DNA of 64,000 bases from Octopus vulgaris (Eukaryota). The stretch spans positions 18,476,001 to 18,540,000 of the forward strand of contig OX597820.1 in assembly GCA_951406725.2 (NCBI GenBank), written 5' to 3'. Below are positions 25,641 to 37,631 of this stretch, piece by piece. The notes under the pieces are model-generated. The model saw only the letters and a program-made list of their open reading frames with translations, made no database searches and had not been told where the DNA came from. The translations under genes and the position numbers were made by a program. Numbering within the stretch: the first letter of the stretch is position 1; the number at the start of each line of letters is the position of its first letter.

Positions 25641-25860
25641 GGCGGCGAGCTAGCACGCCGGATGAAATGTGTAGCCGTATTTCATCTGTCGTTACGTTCC
25701 GAGTTCAAATTCCGCTGAGGTGAACTTTGCCTTTCATCCTTTCGGGGTCGATAAATTAAGTACCAGTTACGCACTGGGGGTTGATGTAATCGACTTAATC
25801 CCTTTGTCTGTCCTTGTTTGTCCCCTCTGTGTTTAGCCCCTTGTGGGTAGTAAAGAAATA
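25641..25860 (+). mobile_element. SINE family B with 17-bp TSD
   Basis: tataatggaagattcaa at 25624-25640 and 25861-25877. Confidence 0.9.
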
Positions 25861-25879
25861 TATAATGGAAGATTCAAAA

Positions 25880-26205
25880 TTCATCATCATCATCATCATC
25901 ATCATCATTATCAATATCATTTAACGTCTGATTCCCATGCTGGCATGGGTTAGACAGCTTGACAGGAACTGGTTAGAGCAAGGGGCCACACCAAGTTCTT
26001 TAGTCTGTTTTGGCATGGTTTCTACAGCTGGATGCCCTTCCTAACGCCAACCACTTTACAGAGTGCACTAAGTGCTTTTCATGTGGCACCATCACCAGTG
26101 CATTTTATGCATCACCAGCACCAGTATTTTTAACATGGCACCAGCGCCACTATTTTTTGCATGACACCATCACCAGTGCTTTTCAATATGGCACCAGCAC
26201 CAGAA
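25880..26205 (-). mobile_element. Diverged SINE-like family C
   Basis: Core and (CAT)n tail. Confidence 0.75.
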
Positions 26206-26954
26206 AAACTTGAAAAAGGAGAAGTTTATTTTTGGTGGTTTTTTTTTTTCCTTTGTATCATAGAACTAAAAGTGGGTCTCAGAGAATATGATATCAAAAA
26301 GATTAGAACAGAGACAACAATACTTGTCAACTTGAAGAAGCAGTCATTATAAATCTTACCAACAGATGTGAACTTGAAAAGGTTAACATTTCAAGCAGCC
26401 ATTTCGTTTTGTTTGAATAAAAAAACAAAAAAATTCATGAAAAACAATTTCACTATGAAATGCTTTCAGTGCGAGTCAAAAGACAGTCATAAGCTTTGAT
26501 TAGCAGAGTGAAGGTTGAAAACAGAAACATCAATCATTCTGGCCAAAGATTACAGAGAGAGAGAGAGAGAGAGAAAAAAAAAAAAAGAAGGTTCTGGAGA
26601 TCTATTGTTCCAGCATACAAATATCTTATTTGCTCACTCCATCCACTGTTTTAATAACAATAAAAACAATGAACTGTTCAGTATCCCCAGCCGTTATTTG
26701 TAAGGGATTATGGCTTGGTAACATGTATAATGCTTTCATTAATTGTTTTTGATGGTGCATGCATGGTTGTTTGTGGAAAGTGTGTGGCTCGGTGGTTAAG
26801 GATATCCAGCTCATGATTGTAAGGATATAAGTTCGATTCCCAGTGATGTGTTGTGTCCTTGAGTGAGACACTTTATTTCACGTTGCTCCAGTCCACTCAG
26901 CTGGCAAAAATGGGTTGGTACCTGTAATTCAAAGGACCAAACCTCGTCACATTC

Positions 26955-27187
26955 TTATTTCTTTACTATCCACAAGAGGCTACACATAGAGAGGACAAAC
27001 AAGAACAGACAAAGGGATTAAGTCAATGTATATCGACACCTGTGCTCAACTGGTACTTTATTTATCGACCCCAAAAGGATTAAAGGCAAAGTCGACCTCA
27101 GCGGAATTTGAACTCAGAACGTAGTGGCAGACGAAATACCGCTAAGCATTTCACCCGGCGTGCTAATGTTTCTGCCAGCTCGCCGCT
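26955..27187 (-). mobile_element. SINE family B
   Basis: Matches consensus. Confidence 0.85.
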
Positions 27188-27279
27188 TTCATTCTGTATC
27201 ATGCTGAACCTCCTTGAGAGCTACGTTAAAGGTATGTATGTCTGTGGAGTGCTCAGCCACTTGCATGTTAATTCCATGA

Positions 27280-27452
27280 CTTTGCCTTTCATTCTTTCGG
27301 GGTTGATAAATTAAGTACCAGTTACACACTGGAGTCAATGTAATCGACTTAATCCCTTTGTCTGTCCTTGTTTGTCCCCTCTGTGTTTAGCCCCTTGTGG
27401 GTAGTAAAGAAATATATAATGGAAGATTCAAAATTCATCATCATCATTATCA
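27280..27452 (+). mobile_element. 5'-truncated family B copy carrying the downstream flank of the 25641-25860 copy
   Basis: Ends tataatggaagattcaaaattcatcatcatcattatca; bounded by 11-bp direct repeat taattccatga. Confidence 0.85.
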
Positions 27453-27785
27453 TAATTCCATGAGCATGTTGCTCCGATGATCAGATCAACCAGAACCCTT
27501 GCCACCATAATCAACAGAGAGAGCATGGTTGTGTGATAGGAAGCTTGCTTCCCATCTTCTTGGCTTTGGGTTCAATCTTACAGCATGTCACCTTAGACAA
27601 GTGCCTTTTGTTATATCCTGGGCCAACCAAAGTCTTGTGAGTGGATTTGATAGATAGAAACTGAAAGAAGACACCCCCAAAATTTCAGGCCCAAGGTGCC
27701 ACTCAGTGGGTATGAACCCGGAACCATGTGGTTGGTAATCAAGCTACTTACCATACAGCCACTCCTGTGCCTATAAGATAGAAAG

Positions 27786-27905
27786 ACATTTACAACACCT
27801 AGGTTTCCCAAATGGTTACCCATCTAAGTACTAACTAGGCTTGACATTGCTTAACTTCGGTGATCGGACGAGAACCGGTGCTTTCAATGTGATGTGGCCA
27901 TAAGC
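27786..27905 (-). rRNA. 5S rRNA: Dispersed 5S rRNA gene copy (probably orphon or pseudogene)
   Basis: 120 nt GCTTATGGCCACATCACATTGAAAGCACCGGTTCTCGTCCGATCACCGAAGTTAAGCAA...AGTACTTAGATGGG...GGTGTTGTAAATGT; no downstream T4 terminator. Confidence 0.93.
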
Positions 27906-28135
27906 AAGGTTTTTTTTAAATGTATTCACTTCAAGTGCTACTTACTGGAAAACTGGATCTCCCCATTTGCTAGTTGGGCCTCTTTGGGTCTATAAAGGTT
28001 GTTTTATTTTTTCACCTCTGGTTCAGGGGAGACAACCCATCCTCATTAAAGTTATTTTTTTGTTAAGAAATATTTCTCAATTTCTGAGCATTTCCTCATG
28101 TCCATGAGATAGAACTTAAAAATTTTTGTCTTTAT

Positions 28136-28199
28136 ATAGCGTCTGACGAGCTGTCCACAAACTTTCGCTTTCAGGATGCGAAACTTTGGGTAACTCTAT
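28136..28199 (+). ncRNA. Type-I hammerhead ribozyme motif
   Basis: ATAGCGT-CTGACGA-GCtGTCC...GGATGC-GAAA-C(tttgg)G-TA-ACTCTAT. Confidence 0.7.
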
Positions 28200-28841
28200 G
28201 TCCAAGATATAAAATTTTGTTATACACACCACACATATATTTATATATACAGATGAGTATATATAATATATATTTTACACTCATACATATATACACATAC
28301 ATATAGGCATTATATGTATATATTTTTACATATGACCTTATATATATATGTGTGTATATGTATGTGTATATATGTATATGTGTATATATTTATGACCACT
28401 AAATCAACAAGTTTTTTTAATTTTCATTCTGTTTATTTCCTCATGTTCCTTTCGGTTGAAGAGCGTTGGCTCAAAATATAAATGACTTTCTCACCTTCCT
28501 GGGTGTCAGACTAATACACCTGCTTGTTGTTTATACGCCTGTCTTTGTCTTTTGTTTTTTTGTAAATTTCAACTATATATATATATATATACATACATTC
28601 ATACATACATACATACATATATATATATATATCATTATCATCATCATCATCATTTAATGTCCCCCCAACATCACTTGAAAACCAATGCTGGTGTGTATAC
28701 ATCCACATTACTTAGCGGTTCATCAAAAGAGACCGATAGAAAAAGTGCTAGGCTCACAAAGAGTAAGTCCTGGGGGCGATTTGCTCAACTAAAAGGTTGC
28801 ACTTCAGCATGGCCACAATCAAATGACTGAAACAAGTAAAA

Positions 28842-28882
<41 letters not shown>

Positions 28883-29896
28883 GTTACTGTCCTGTTTTTG
28901 TTACCATTTTTACCCCTCTGCAAAAAAATCTCAAATTTTATTTAATTTGATTTTCGCGGGAAGGAAATTTTCATTGAAGTCATGTATCGCCTTGACCTTC
29001 AAAACATGGAGTAGATGAAACAGAGGCGACTGAAGAAGGGGAATTTTCCTTGTGATGTATGTCTTGTACTCTATTTTTTCGTTGTTTTAAAAAAATGTCC
29101 ATTTCCTTGGTTTTGTGTTTATCTTTTCGTTTCTCATTGTGTTCGACGTTTTTTGGGTGCCCTGTACCCATATATACATGTATATATACATGTAGAGGTA
29201 GGTACGTACATATATGTATGTATATATGCATATGTTTTATTTATTTATTAATTTATATATATATATATGTATATGCATATATATATAAATATATATATGT
29301 ATGTATATATATATGTATGTATATATATATATGTATATATGTGTACCTGCATGTGTGTGTATGTGTACCTGCCATGTGTATATATACCCACCACACCATC
29401 GATCATTTTATTTACATTTCGAGTTTTGACATTTCCTGAAGAAACAAGAATTTCAACTCCCAATATATCTTATTAGTTAAGTAGTTCCTTTGTGCGGGTT
29501 TTGGTTTCAAAGTAACAAATTCTTTATCTTTCTAATAGATTGGATTCGTATAGTTTGTTGTGCAGTCAGTGCTAAACCTGCAGGTGTTACACCAGGTATT
29601 AAGGTACAGCCTAAATAAATAGACCAACTGTGTTTTACTTAATACTCCCTTAGGTATCTTTAACCTCAAAACCAGTTAAAACCAGTTGAAACGAGTTATA
29701 TTCTTATTATGGAAAAGAATGTCGTATTGTGAAGGATAAAACAAGATATTGGAATAGAAATAAAAGAATAATTACAAAAAGAAGTGTTTTAATAATTTTG
29801 GTATCAATATTGATATTAATTATGAGACATTGATGACGTTTCAAAAGATATCGCAAAAACTAAATACATATAAAACATAAGAAAAAATAAGAGTAT

Positions 29897-30114
29897 AGGC
29901 ATAAGAGTGGCTGTGTGGTAAGTAGCTTGCTTATGAAGCACATGGTTCTGGGTTCAGTCCCACTACGTGGCGCCTTGGGAAAGTGTCTTCTACTACAGTC
30001 TCGGGATGATCAAAGCCTTGTGAGTGGATTTGATAGATGGAAACTGAAAGAAGCCCGTCGTTTATATGTGTGTGTATATATATATGTATGTATGCATATA
30101 TATGTATATATATG

Positions 30115-30147
<33 letters not shown>

Positions 30148-30412
30148 GTATATATATGTATATATATATATATGTGTGTATATATGTATGTGTGTGTATA
30201 TGTTTGTGTGTCTGTGTTAGTCCCCACAACATCGCTTGACAACCATTGCTGGTGTGTTTACATCCCCGTAACTTAGCGGTTCGGCAAAAGAGACCAATAG
30301 AATAAATACTATGCTTACAAAGAATAAGCCCTAGGGTCAATTTGCTCGACTAAAGGCGGTGCTCCAGCATGGCCACAGTCAAATGACTGAAAAAAGTAAA
30401 AGAGTAAAAGAG
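29897..30412 (+). mobile_element. SINE family A, full length with expanded internal (TA)n
   Basis: Matches consensus. Confidence 0.9.
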
Positions 30413-30806
30413 TGATAAAATAAAAGATGCAGGTGTGGTCATGTGGTAAGAGGTTTGCTTCCCAACCACATGGTTCCGGTTTCAATCCCACCGCATGGCA
30501 CATTGGACAAGAGGTTTCTACTATGGCCTCAGGCTGATCAAAGCCTTGTAAGTGGATTTAGTAAGCAGAAACTGAAAGAAGCCGTCTGACTACTTTTCTC
30601 TCTACAAAACAGAAACTTACATTGTAGAACAATCATTTTAATGAATTGTATTTATTAATCACCTGATGAGATACATCTGCACCACTGGATGCTCCTGAAC
30701 CAGTTGCTGAGTGCCCCATCCAAGAGGAATTGGTGGTAGATGTGTTGAAACAATTATCATGATTAATAATAAATTCTCGTATATTCCATCATCTGTCTTT
30801 CATTTG

Positions 30807-30852
<46 letters not shown>

Positions 30853-31080
30853 AAATTCAAAATGCGATAAAATAAAATTAATTATTATCGCTGGTGTTTC
30901 TAGCACAGGCCATATATTATTCATATATAAGTACATTAAAGGCGAAGTAAGTACTAGAAACACAGAAGCTTGATAAATTTAGTGAAATGAAGATAAAAAC
31001 TTTTACTAACTCTGTTCATCTTAGACTGCAGTTTCGCCTTTTTCAGCAATAAAAATAATATTTATTTACTCAGGTAGGCT

Positions 31081-31118
<38 letters not shown>

Positions 31119-31119
31119 C

Positions 31120-31350
31120 ATAAAATAGTGTACATTTAAACACAAGAGAAACTATCTTATAACAGGTAATTTTACACACTAGAAGAAGCAGTCAAAACAA
31201 CCAAAACCACATTTAAGAGCAATTTTCAAAGGGAATGAAAAATAAAATTGCCCTTAAATGTGGATTTGGTTGTTTTGACTGCTTCTTCTAGCGTGTAAAA
31301 TTACCTGTTAAATGATAGTTTCTCTTGTATTTAAATGTAAACTATTTTAT
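31120..31350. repeat. Long hairpin, about 107-bp arms with a 17-nt loop
   Basis: 31120-31226 is the reverse complement of 31244-31350 with about 7 mismatches. Confidence 0.9.
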
Positions 31351-32288
31351 ATTGAGAATATGTTGTCTATTGACTTTTTATACATGCTAGGCCACTGGTA
31401 GTGAACTTTCTAAAAATATTTGATTTGAGCAAGGTCGTTGACGAAAGGATGAAAGGCAAAGTCAACCTTGGCAGAATTTGAACTCAGAACGTAAAGACAG
31501 AGGAAATACCGCTAAGCATTTTGCCCGGCGTGCTAACATTTCTACCAGCTCACCTAATTTTCTGTAACACACACAACTTTAGGGTGAAAAATTATTCTCA
31601 GACAGGTATCTCGACAAAATACTTTGGTAACGGTGGCGGCATCGGCAGTAGTGAGCGGATAGAAATAAGAACGAACAGAATGGCAATTATACAGATTATC
31701 AGAGAGAAAAAAACAGCCACACACACACACACATACATACACACACACAGAGAAGGCTGACTGAAGTTGAATGAGTAGAATCAAAAGAAAATATATCAGT
31801 AATTTCATTGGTACTTGGAAACAGACATCGATACACCGAGTCTATGAGTCTTGTAGAAAAAAAAAAGAAAAACCATCGGTTAACATAATAAACTATATTG
31901 ATTTATTTTAAGTAGGAAAAACTCAATGTTTTGTTGCTGGAGGGATGAAGTCAATTGAATCAACTTCCCAATAAGTCATTTTATTTTTACCAATGTCACA
32001 CGCAACAAGAAATAATAGATGAAAGCGAGGATTGTTGGAAAGCAAGTTAAACACTGAAATTGGATTTTCATTTGAAGAGACTCGACCAGTGGTGGTCTGT
32101 GTCAGTGGAAATCATTAAAATAATGTTTAAAAACGGTCAATGTTAGGACGTTGCTGTTGTTGTTGTTGTTAATGTTGTTGTTGTTGTTGTTGTTGTTGTT
32201 GTGTTGCCTCTGGTCAGTTCTGATTAGGTTGGTCAAAAGTCTGGGCATGAATGACCACCATCTGATAAACTTTTCCAGTTACACACAC

Positions 32289-32325
<37 letters not shown>

Positions 32326-32740
32326 TGACTATGTTTACGTGTACATGTATATATAGAGGTATATGTATACACAAAGATGCACACACAAAAAACACACACA
32401 CAAACACACACACACACACACACACATACACATGTTAATATTGTCTTTTCATCCAAGATGGAGACACGAACCAATGTCCCATGTGACCAGTTTGATAATT
32501 GTTGAGATTTCTCTCAACATGAAACCAATGGCAGCATTGTCAACTCACAAATAAAGTATGCGTGTGTTTGTGTATGTATGTATATGTATGTATGTATAAA
32601 TGTATGCATACATATATATATACACACACATGCACACACATACACACATATATATAACTGGCATTCCATCAGTTATGATGAAAAGGGCTTCGGTTGATCT
32701 GATCAACGGAACAGCTTGCTCATGAAATCAGTGTGTACCC

Positions 32741-32969
32741 TTAACCCTTTCGTTACCAACCCAGCTGAAACCAGCTCTGGCTCTGTAGTACAAATGTCTT
32801 GTTTTCATAAGTTTTGAATTAAAATCTTCCACCAAACTTTAGTCACAATTTATGTTGCTAACACTCGCTTCATGATAACTAAGTTATTTTACTAAATTCT
32901 TTGTTATATTTAAAGTAATTGAAAGAAACAAAGAACATCTCAACAGAAATATTGTAACGAAATGGTTAA
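32741..32969. mobile_element. TTAA-type MITE (same family as 23199-23429, opposite orientation)
   Basis: TTAACCCTTTCGTTAC ... GTAACGAAATGGTTAA. Confidence 0.85.
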
Positions 32970-33676
32970 TTTAGTTCTCAGGGAGATTCAGCATTTCAGC
33001 ATATTTTGTAAACTAAATATATCTCTTTCTGTGTATATATATATATATATATAGATACTTCCAAACAAACATGATTTTTAATGAAATCTTTGTAGGTTTT
33101 ATGAACTTGTTAATAATTCCTCAAAAAAACTTTTTCAGTAAACTGTTTTTAGCATCTTCTTATTATTATCAAAGAATGTATATAAGTATTGCAACTTTTT
33201 GTGCCCAATATTTTAATGAACTTTTTTGTATTTTCCCAAGATTTTCCCTTGTAAACTGTTTTTAACATGTTATTATTATTATCAAAGAATATATATATAT
33301 GTATTGTAATATTTTGTGACAACCGGTACCTAACACAACAAAACTTTTACATGTTACTTTTGACAATCTTTTTCTAAAAAAAGTGAAACCAGTCAAGTGA
33401 ATAAACATCTTTTAAAATTGCATTATCAAACCTTCTTTCATATATAATTCTACTCGTGCAGTTCCTTACAACTTCACTTTGTTATATATCAATATATATT
33501 TATATATATTGTTGCATTTTGAGATGGTCATTCTTTTTTTTGCCAAATAAACACACAAAATTTTTTTTTTTCACTTGTCTATTGCTGTTCTTATTTTATT
33601 ATTCTAGTCACACAACTGTAAACTCTGCAGTGACACTTTCCGTTTTCGTGTGTGTTCTTGCTCCCTTTACTCCATA

Positions 33677-33724
<48 letters not shown>

Positions 33725-33816
33725 TAAAAACGGTAAGATAACAAAAGAAAGAAAGAGATCTCAATATTATGTAAATAGAGGAAATTTATCTATAAAATAA
33801 TATGTTACATTACTCA

Positions 33817-33892
33817 ATAGTCAAGATAAAACTCTGAGTTTCAGATGCCGAAGTGGAAATCCACAACACCATCTCTTCGGTTATCTGGCTAT
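33817..33892 (-). ncRNA. Hammerhead ribozyme motif, U4C core variant
   Basis: ATAGCCAGATAA-CCGAAGA-GATG...CATC-T-GAAA-C(tcaga)G-TT-TTATCTTGACTAT. Confidence 0.55.
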
Positions 33893-33965
33893 CTGAAAAA
33901 CGCTATGAAAAAATACCGTTATATAAAGGGAAATTACTGTATTATAATTCTGCTCGCGAACCCAT

Positions 33966-34012
<47 letters not shown>

Positions 34013-34041
34013 CTTTATTGAAAAGCAGCAGAAATATCACA

Positions 34042-34087
34042 AAAACTGTTACTCAGAGTTTCACGTTCCCATTCGTCAGACAGTTTT
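34042..34087 (-). ncRNA. Minimal type-I hammerhead ribozyme, canonical
   Basis: AAAACTGT-CTGACGA-ATG(GGAA)CGT-GAAA-C(tctga)G-TA-ACAGTTTT, with an 8-bp stem I. Confidence 0.8.
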
Positions 34088-34102
34088 GTTTAGAATCTAA
34101 CC

Positions 34103-34148
34103 AAAACTGTCTGACGAACAGGAATGTGAAACTCTGAATAACAGGTTT
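34103..34148 (+). ncRNA. Inverted partner hammerhead (stem III G>A change)
   Basis: AAAACTGT-CTGACGA-ACA(GGAA)TGT-GAAA-CTCTGA-ATA-ACAGG. Confidence 0.65.
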
Positions 34149-34413
34149 TGTAATATTTTTGTTGCTTTTTAATAAAGCATATTACTCTACCTCTGGTATT
34201 CGAGTATTATTTTTTCCACCTTGTTTCGCATTTATGAGCTTACCCCAGTATATATATATATACACACACACACATGCTATAAGTTGCCCCAGGTTTTTTA
34301 GTTAAAATTCTACTTACTCTGCTTTTGGTATTCAAGTACAATTTTTTCCACCTTGTTCTGCACCTATGTGCTTAGAATGGACGTTAAATGATGATAATGA
34401 AAATGATGTGTGC

Positions 34414-34445
<32 letters not shown>

Positions 34446-35193
34446 ACGTGTGTGCTATTAATATATCATTATTTGCACTGTGTGCAGGGAGATCTGCAAT
34501 GATGTCTTGCGTGTCTATTCTTAATATATTCTGGTAAATTCAAAAAAAAAAAAAAAAGAATACGCTCGGCTCTGTTGTGTACATCACAGAATAACTTCCT
34601 TTTCTGATAACAGTGTACTCATAACACACTTGGCTCATTAGCACAAGGATCCTGATGTTTCAGCACATTGTGACTCATCAGAAGTACCTGAATCTTTTGA
34701 GCCTACAAATCACTTGCTTTGTTTATAGTTTCAACAACCAAGCTGTTTTCTGATCAGTGTGTATATCTGCCAACCAATAAAAACAAAATCATTATTTTCA
34801 CTGTGTACAGCAAGATCTGAAATGATTATTTGCATATAATTATGTGAACACATCTTGAAACACTGTTGTCTCAGAATCTCTTGCACCAATGAGTGAAGTT
34901 TGGTGGTGGTGTTGATCATGGTGACAATGATGATGATAATGATGATGATGACGATGATGGTGATGGAGATGATGATGATGATAATGGATGGTGGTGGTGG
35001 TGGTGGTGGCGATGAGAAGAAGCTTCGTTTAATGGTCTTCTGGCCGATACAAGATGCTTTGCTGACCAGTCTGCCATTTTGTTCCATCATTATGTCTCAG
35101 TGGTGCCGAAACTGCTGATAAACATTGGACAACGGAAACAAGATACGTGGTGTGTTTGTATCATTGTGAAAGAGGCAGATAAGTAAATTGCAG

Positions 35194-35880
35194 TCATCAT
35201 CATCATCATCATCTGAGGATGATGATGATGATGATGGCATTGTTTTTGTTGTTGCTCTTGTTGTTGATGTTGGTGGTGGTGGTGGTGGTGGTGGTGATGG
35301 TGAGGGATGATGACGATGATGACGTGCTGTGGTGCTGTGATGTGGTGGTGGTAGTGGCGATGATGGCGATGATAATATGGAGGAGGAGGGTTGTGGTGGT
35401 GGTGGTGTTGATGATGATGATGATGGTGGTAGTGGTGGAGTCAGGGATGATGATGACGACGACAATGATGATGGTGTTGATGATGATGATGACAATGATG
35501 ACGATGATGATGGTGGTAGTGGTGGTGGTGGTGGTAGTGGTGGTGATGGTGTCAGGGATGACGCTGATGACGACAACGACAACGATTGTGTTGATGATGA
35601 TGATGGTGGTGGTGGTGGTGATGTTGATGATGATGATGACGACAACGATTGTGTTGATGATGATGATGATGATGGTGGTGGTAGTGGTGGTGGTGGTGGT
35701 GATGCTGATGATGATGATGGTGGTGGTGGTGGTGATGCTGATGATGATGACGACGACGATGACGACGACGACGATTGTGCTGATGATGATGATGATGGTG
35801 GTGGTGGTGTCAGGGATGATGAGGATGATGATGACGGCGACAACGACAACAACGACAATGATGACAGCGGCGGCATTGTT
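35194..35880. repeat. Compound (GAT)/(GGT)/(GAC) tract with internal higher-order duplications
   Basis: Recurrent gtcagggatga and acaacgattgtgttgatg blocks. Confidence 0.9.
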
Positions 35881-36105
35881 GATGGCAAACTGTTGTGTGC
35901 TGAATGTTTAATATGCAGCAATAAGAAATAAGTAAATAAATTCCAAACGGAATTTCTCCAACTTAATATGGTGTGTGTTACTTTTGTGACAAGGTTAAAG
36001 TCAGATAATCTACGAGATTAGATCAATTTATATTTGGCAATGAATAACATTCACTAACTTCCTCAAACTGATATTCCAAGTCTGAAATAAAGCAAGCACT
36101 TTTCT

Positions 36106-36654
36106 TAATGGTCATAAGGTTATAGCTGTGTGGTGGGTAAGATGTTTGCTTTGGAACCATGCAGTTCTGGGTTCGATTCCATCATGCATCACTTTGATTA
36201 ACTTCTTAACATACACATTTTTTTTTCTCACTTTCCATGCAAATAATGGTCATAAGGTTATAGCTGTGTGGTGGATAAGAAGTTTGCTTTGGAACCATGT
36301 GGTTCTGGGTTCGATTCCATCATGCATCATTCTGATAAACCTCTTAACATACACATTTTTTTCTCAGTTTCCATGCAAATAATGGTCATAAGGTTATAGC
36401 TGTGTGGTGGATAAGAAGTTTGCTTTGGAACCATGTAGTTCTGAGTTCGATTCCATCATGCATCATTCTGATAAACCTCTTAACATACACATTTTTTTTC
36501 TCAGTTTCCATGCAAATAATGGTCATAAGGTTATAGCTGTGTGGTGGATAAGAAGTTTGCTTTGGAACCATGTAGTTCTGGGTTCGATTCCATCATGAAT
36601 CACTCTGATTAACCTCTTAACATATACATTTTTTTTTCTCAGTTTCCATGCAAA
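36106..36654 (+). repeat. Tandem array, 4 units of 136-138 bp, each a SINE-type tRNA-like head followed by a T-run
   Basis: Unit starts at 36106, 36244, 36380, 36517; contains tagctgtgtggtgg and ggttcgattcc. Confidence 0.92.
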
Positions 36655-36744
36655 AAATATATTTTTTTATTATTTATTTTGAATCTGTATATTCGGAAGA
36701 ATAAGTTTACAAATTATTTCGGATTAGTTCTGATATATATTTCC

Positions 36745-36995
36745 TATATTATTTACATTTGATGGATATTTGTCCTCATCTTTGTTGTTAACACAAAGTT
36801 TCAGCTGATATACCCTCCAGCCTTATCAGGTGTTTTGAGGAAATTTCGAACCCAGGTTCTCATTCCTAAGGTATTTTTCAATGTTGTTGTCGTCGTCGTC
36901 ATCGTCATCATCATTATTATCCAGGTCACTGCCTGGAAATCGAACTCGGAATCTTGGGGTTAGTAGCCCACGCTCTTAACCACTATGCCATATGC
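36745..36995 (-). mobile_element. tRNA-headed hammerhead element copy (core mutated)
   Basis: Aligns with 24405-24685. Confidence 0.8.
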
Positions 36996-37076
36996 TGATT
37001 TATTATGAAGTTACTGATAGAAATTATAGTTACAGATAGCTAATAATAGAAAATGAGAGTAACATCATGAATGAAG

Positions 37077-37475
37077 TTGTTGTTGTTGTTGTTGTTGGCA
37101 TCCTTTTGTCTCAGAAGACAATGGAGTTGCGAATAAGCTAATACTGTCTGTTTTTTTTTACATTTCATGTCCTCTCCAGTTTTGCGCAGGCCTGGGCTAG
37201 ATGTAAGAAAATCCTAGGTAGCCCAATTGTCAGGATTCCTCTCTCGACCTTGCTGATATAGTCCAAAGGTGTACAGAACATTACGTTTGGCACCAGCTTG
37301 GTTGCAGGAGCTGCCGGAAGAGTGTCAAATCAAACACTAAACAGCCTATGGGGCTCCATTCTGGATTTCTTTGAAGGTTGTTTCCTTTCTGTAACCCTGA
37401 ATAGGGGCCCACACTTTGTACTGTCAGCCGGAGCCAGCTGAGCCTGGGACTTGTGTCAGGCAGGGTCGTCACTCC
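37077..37475 (-). mobile_element. Probable bipartite non-autonomous RTE/BovB-like element with (CAA)n tail
   Basis: tttggcaccagcttggttgcaggagctgccggaag resembles RTE 5' UTR sequence from recall; (TTG)n at the left end. Confidence 0.5.
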
Positions 37476-37631
37476 TTGAAGTAGTGAAGAAAATTGCTAT
37501 CCACTACCTATGAATGAAGTATTTGGGGATAAAAATAAGGGATAAATACCTCAGAGTACAATGAATGTATATTTTCATTCAAATATATATTTAATAGACA
37601 TCTCTGAATGAAAGTATATGGGGCAATATGT

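Noticed and set aside
29436-29700. Hammerhead with about 240-nt loop II (CTGAAGA...GAAACGAGTT)
   Set aside because: Stem I pairing unconvincing; could be chance
30663-30808. Possible minus-strand exon ending CAG|GTGATT
   Set aside because: No polypyrimidine acceptor; two of three frames closed; no recognisable protein
35097-35931. Ser/Pro-rich and Asp/Gly-rich ORFs of 184-274 aa
   Set aside because: Open on both strands in several frames because (GAT)/(GGT) repeats lack stops; no domain or splice support
36106-36654. CRISPR-like array
   Set aside because: Whole units repeat with no unique spacers; eukaryotic context
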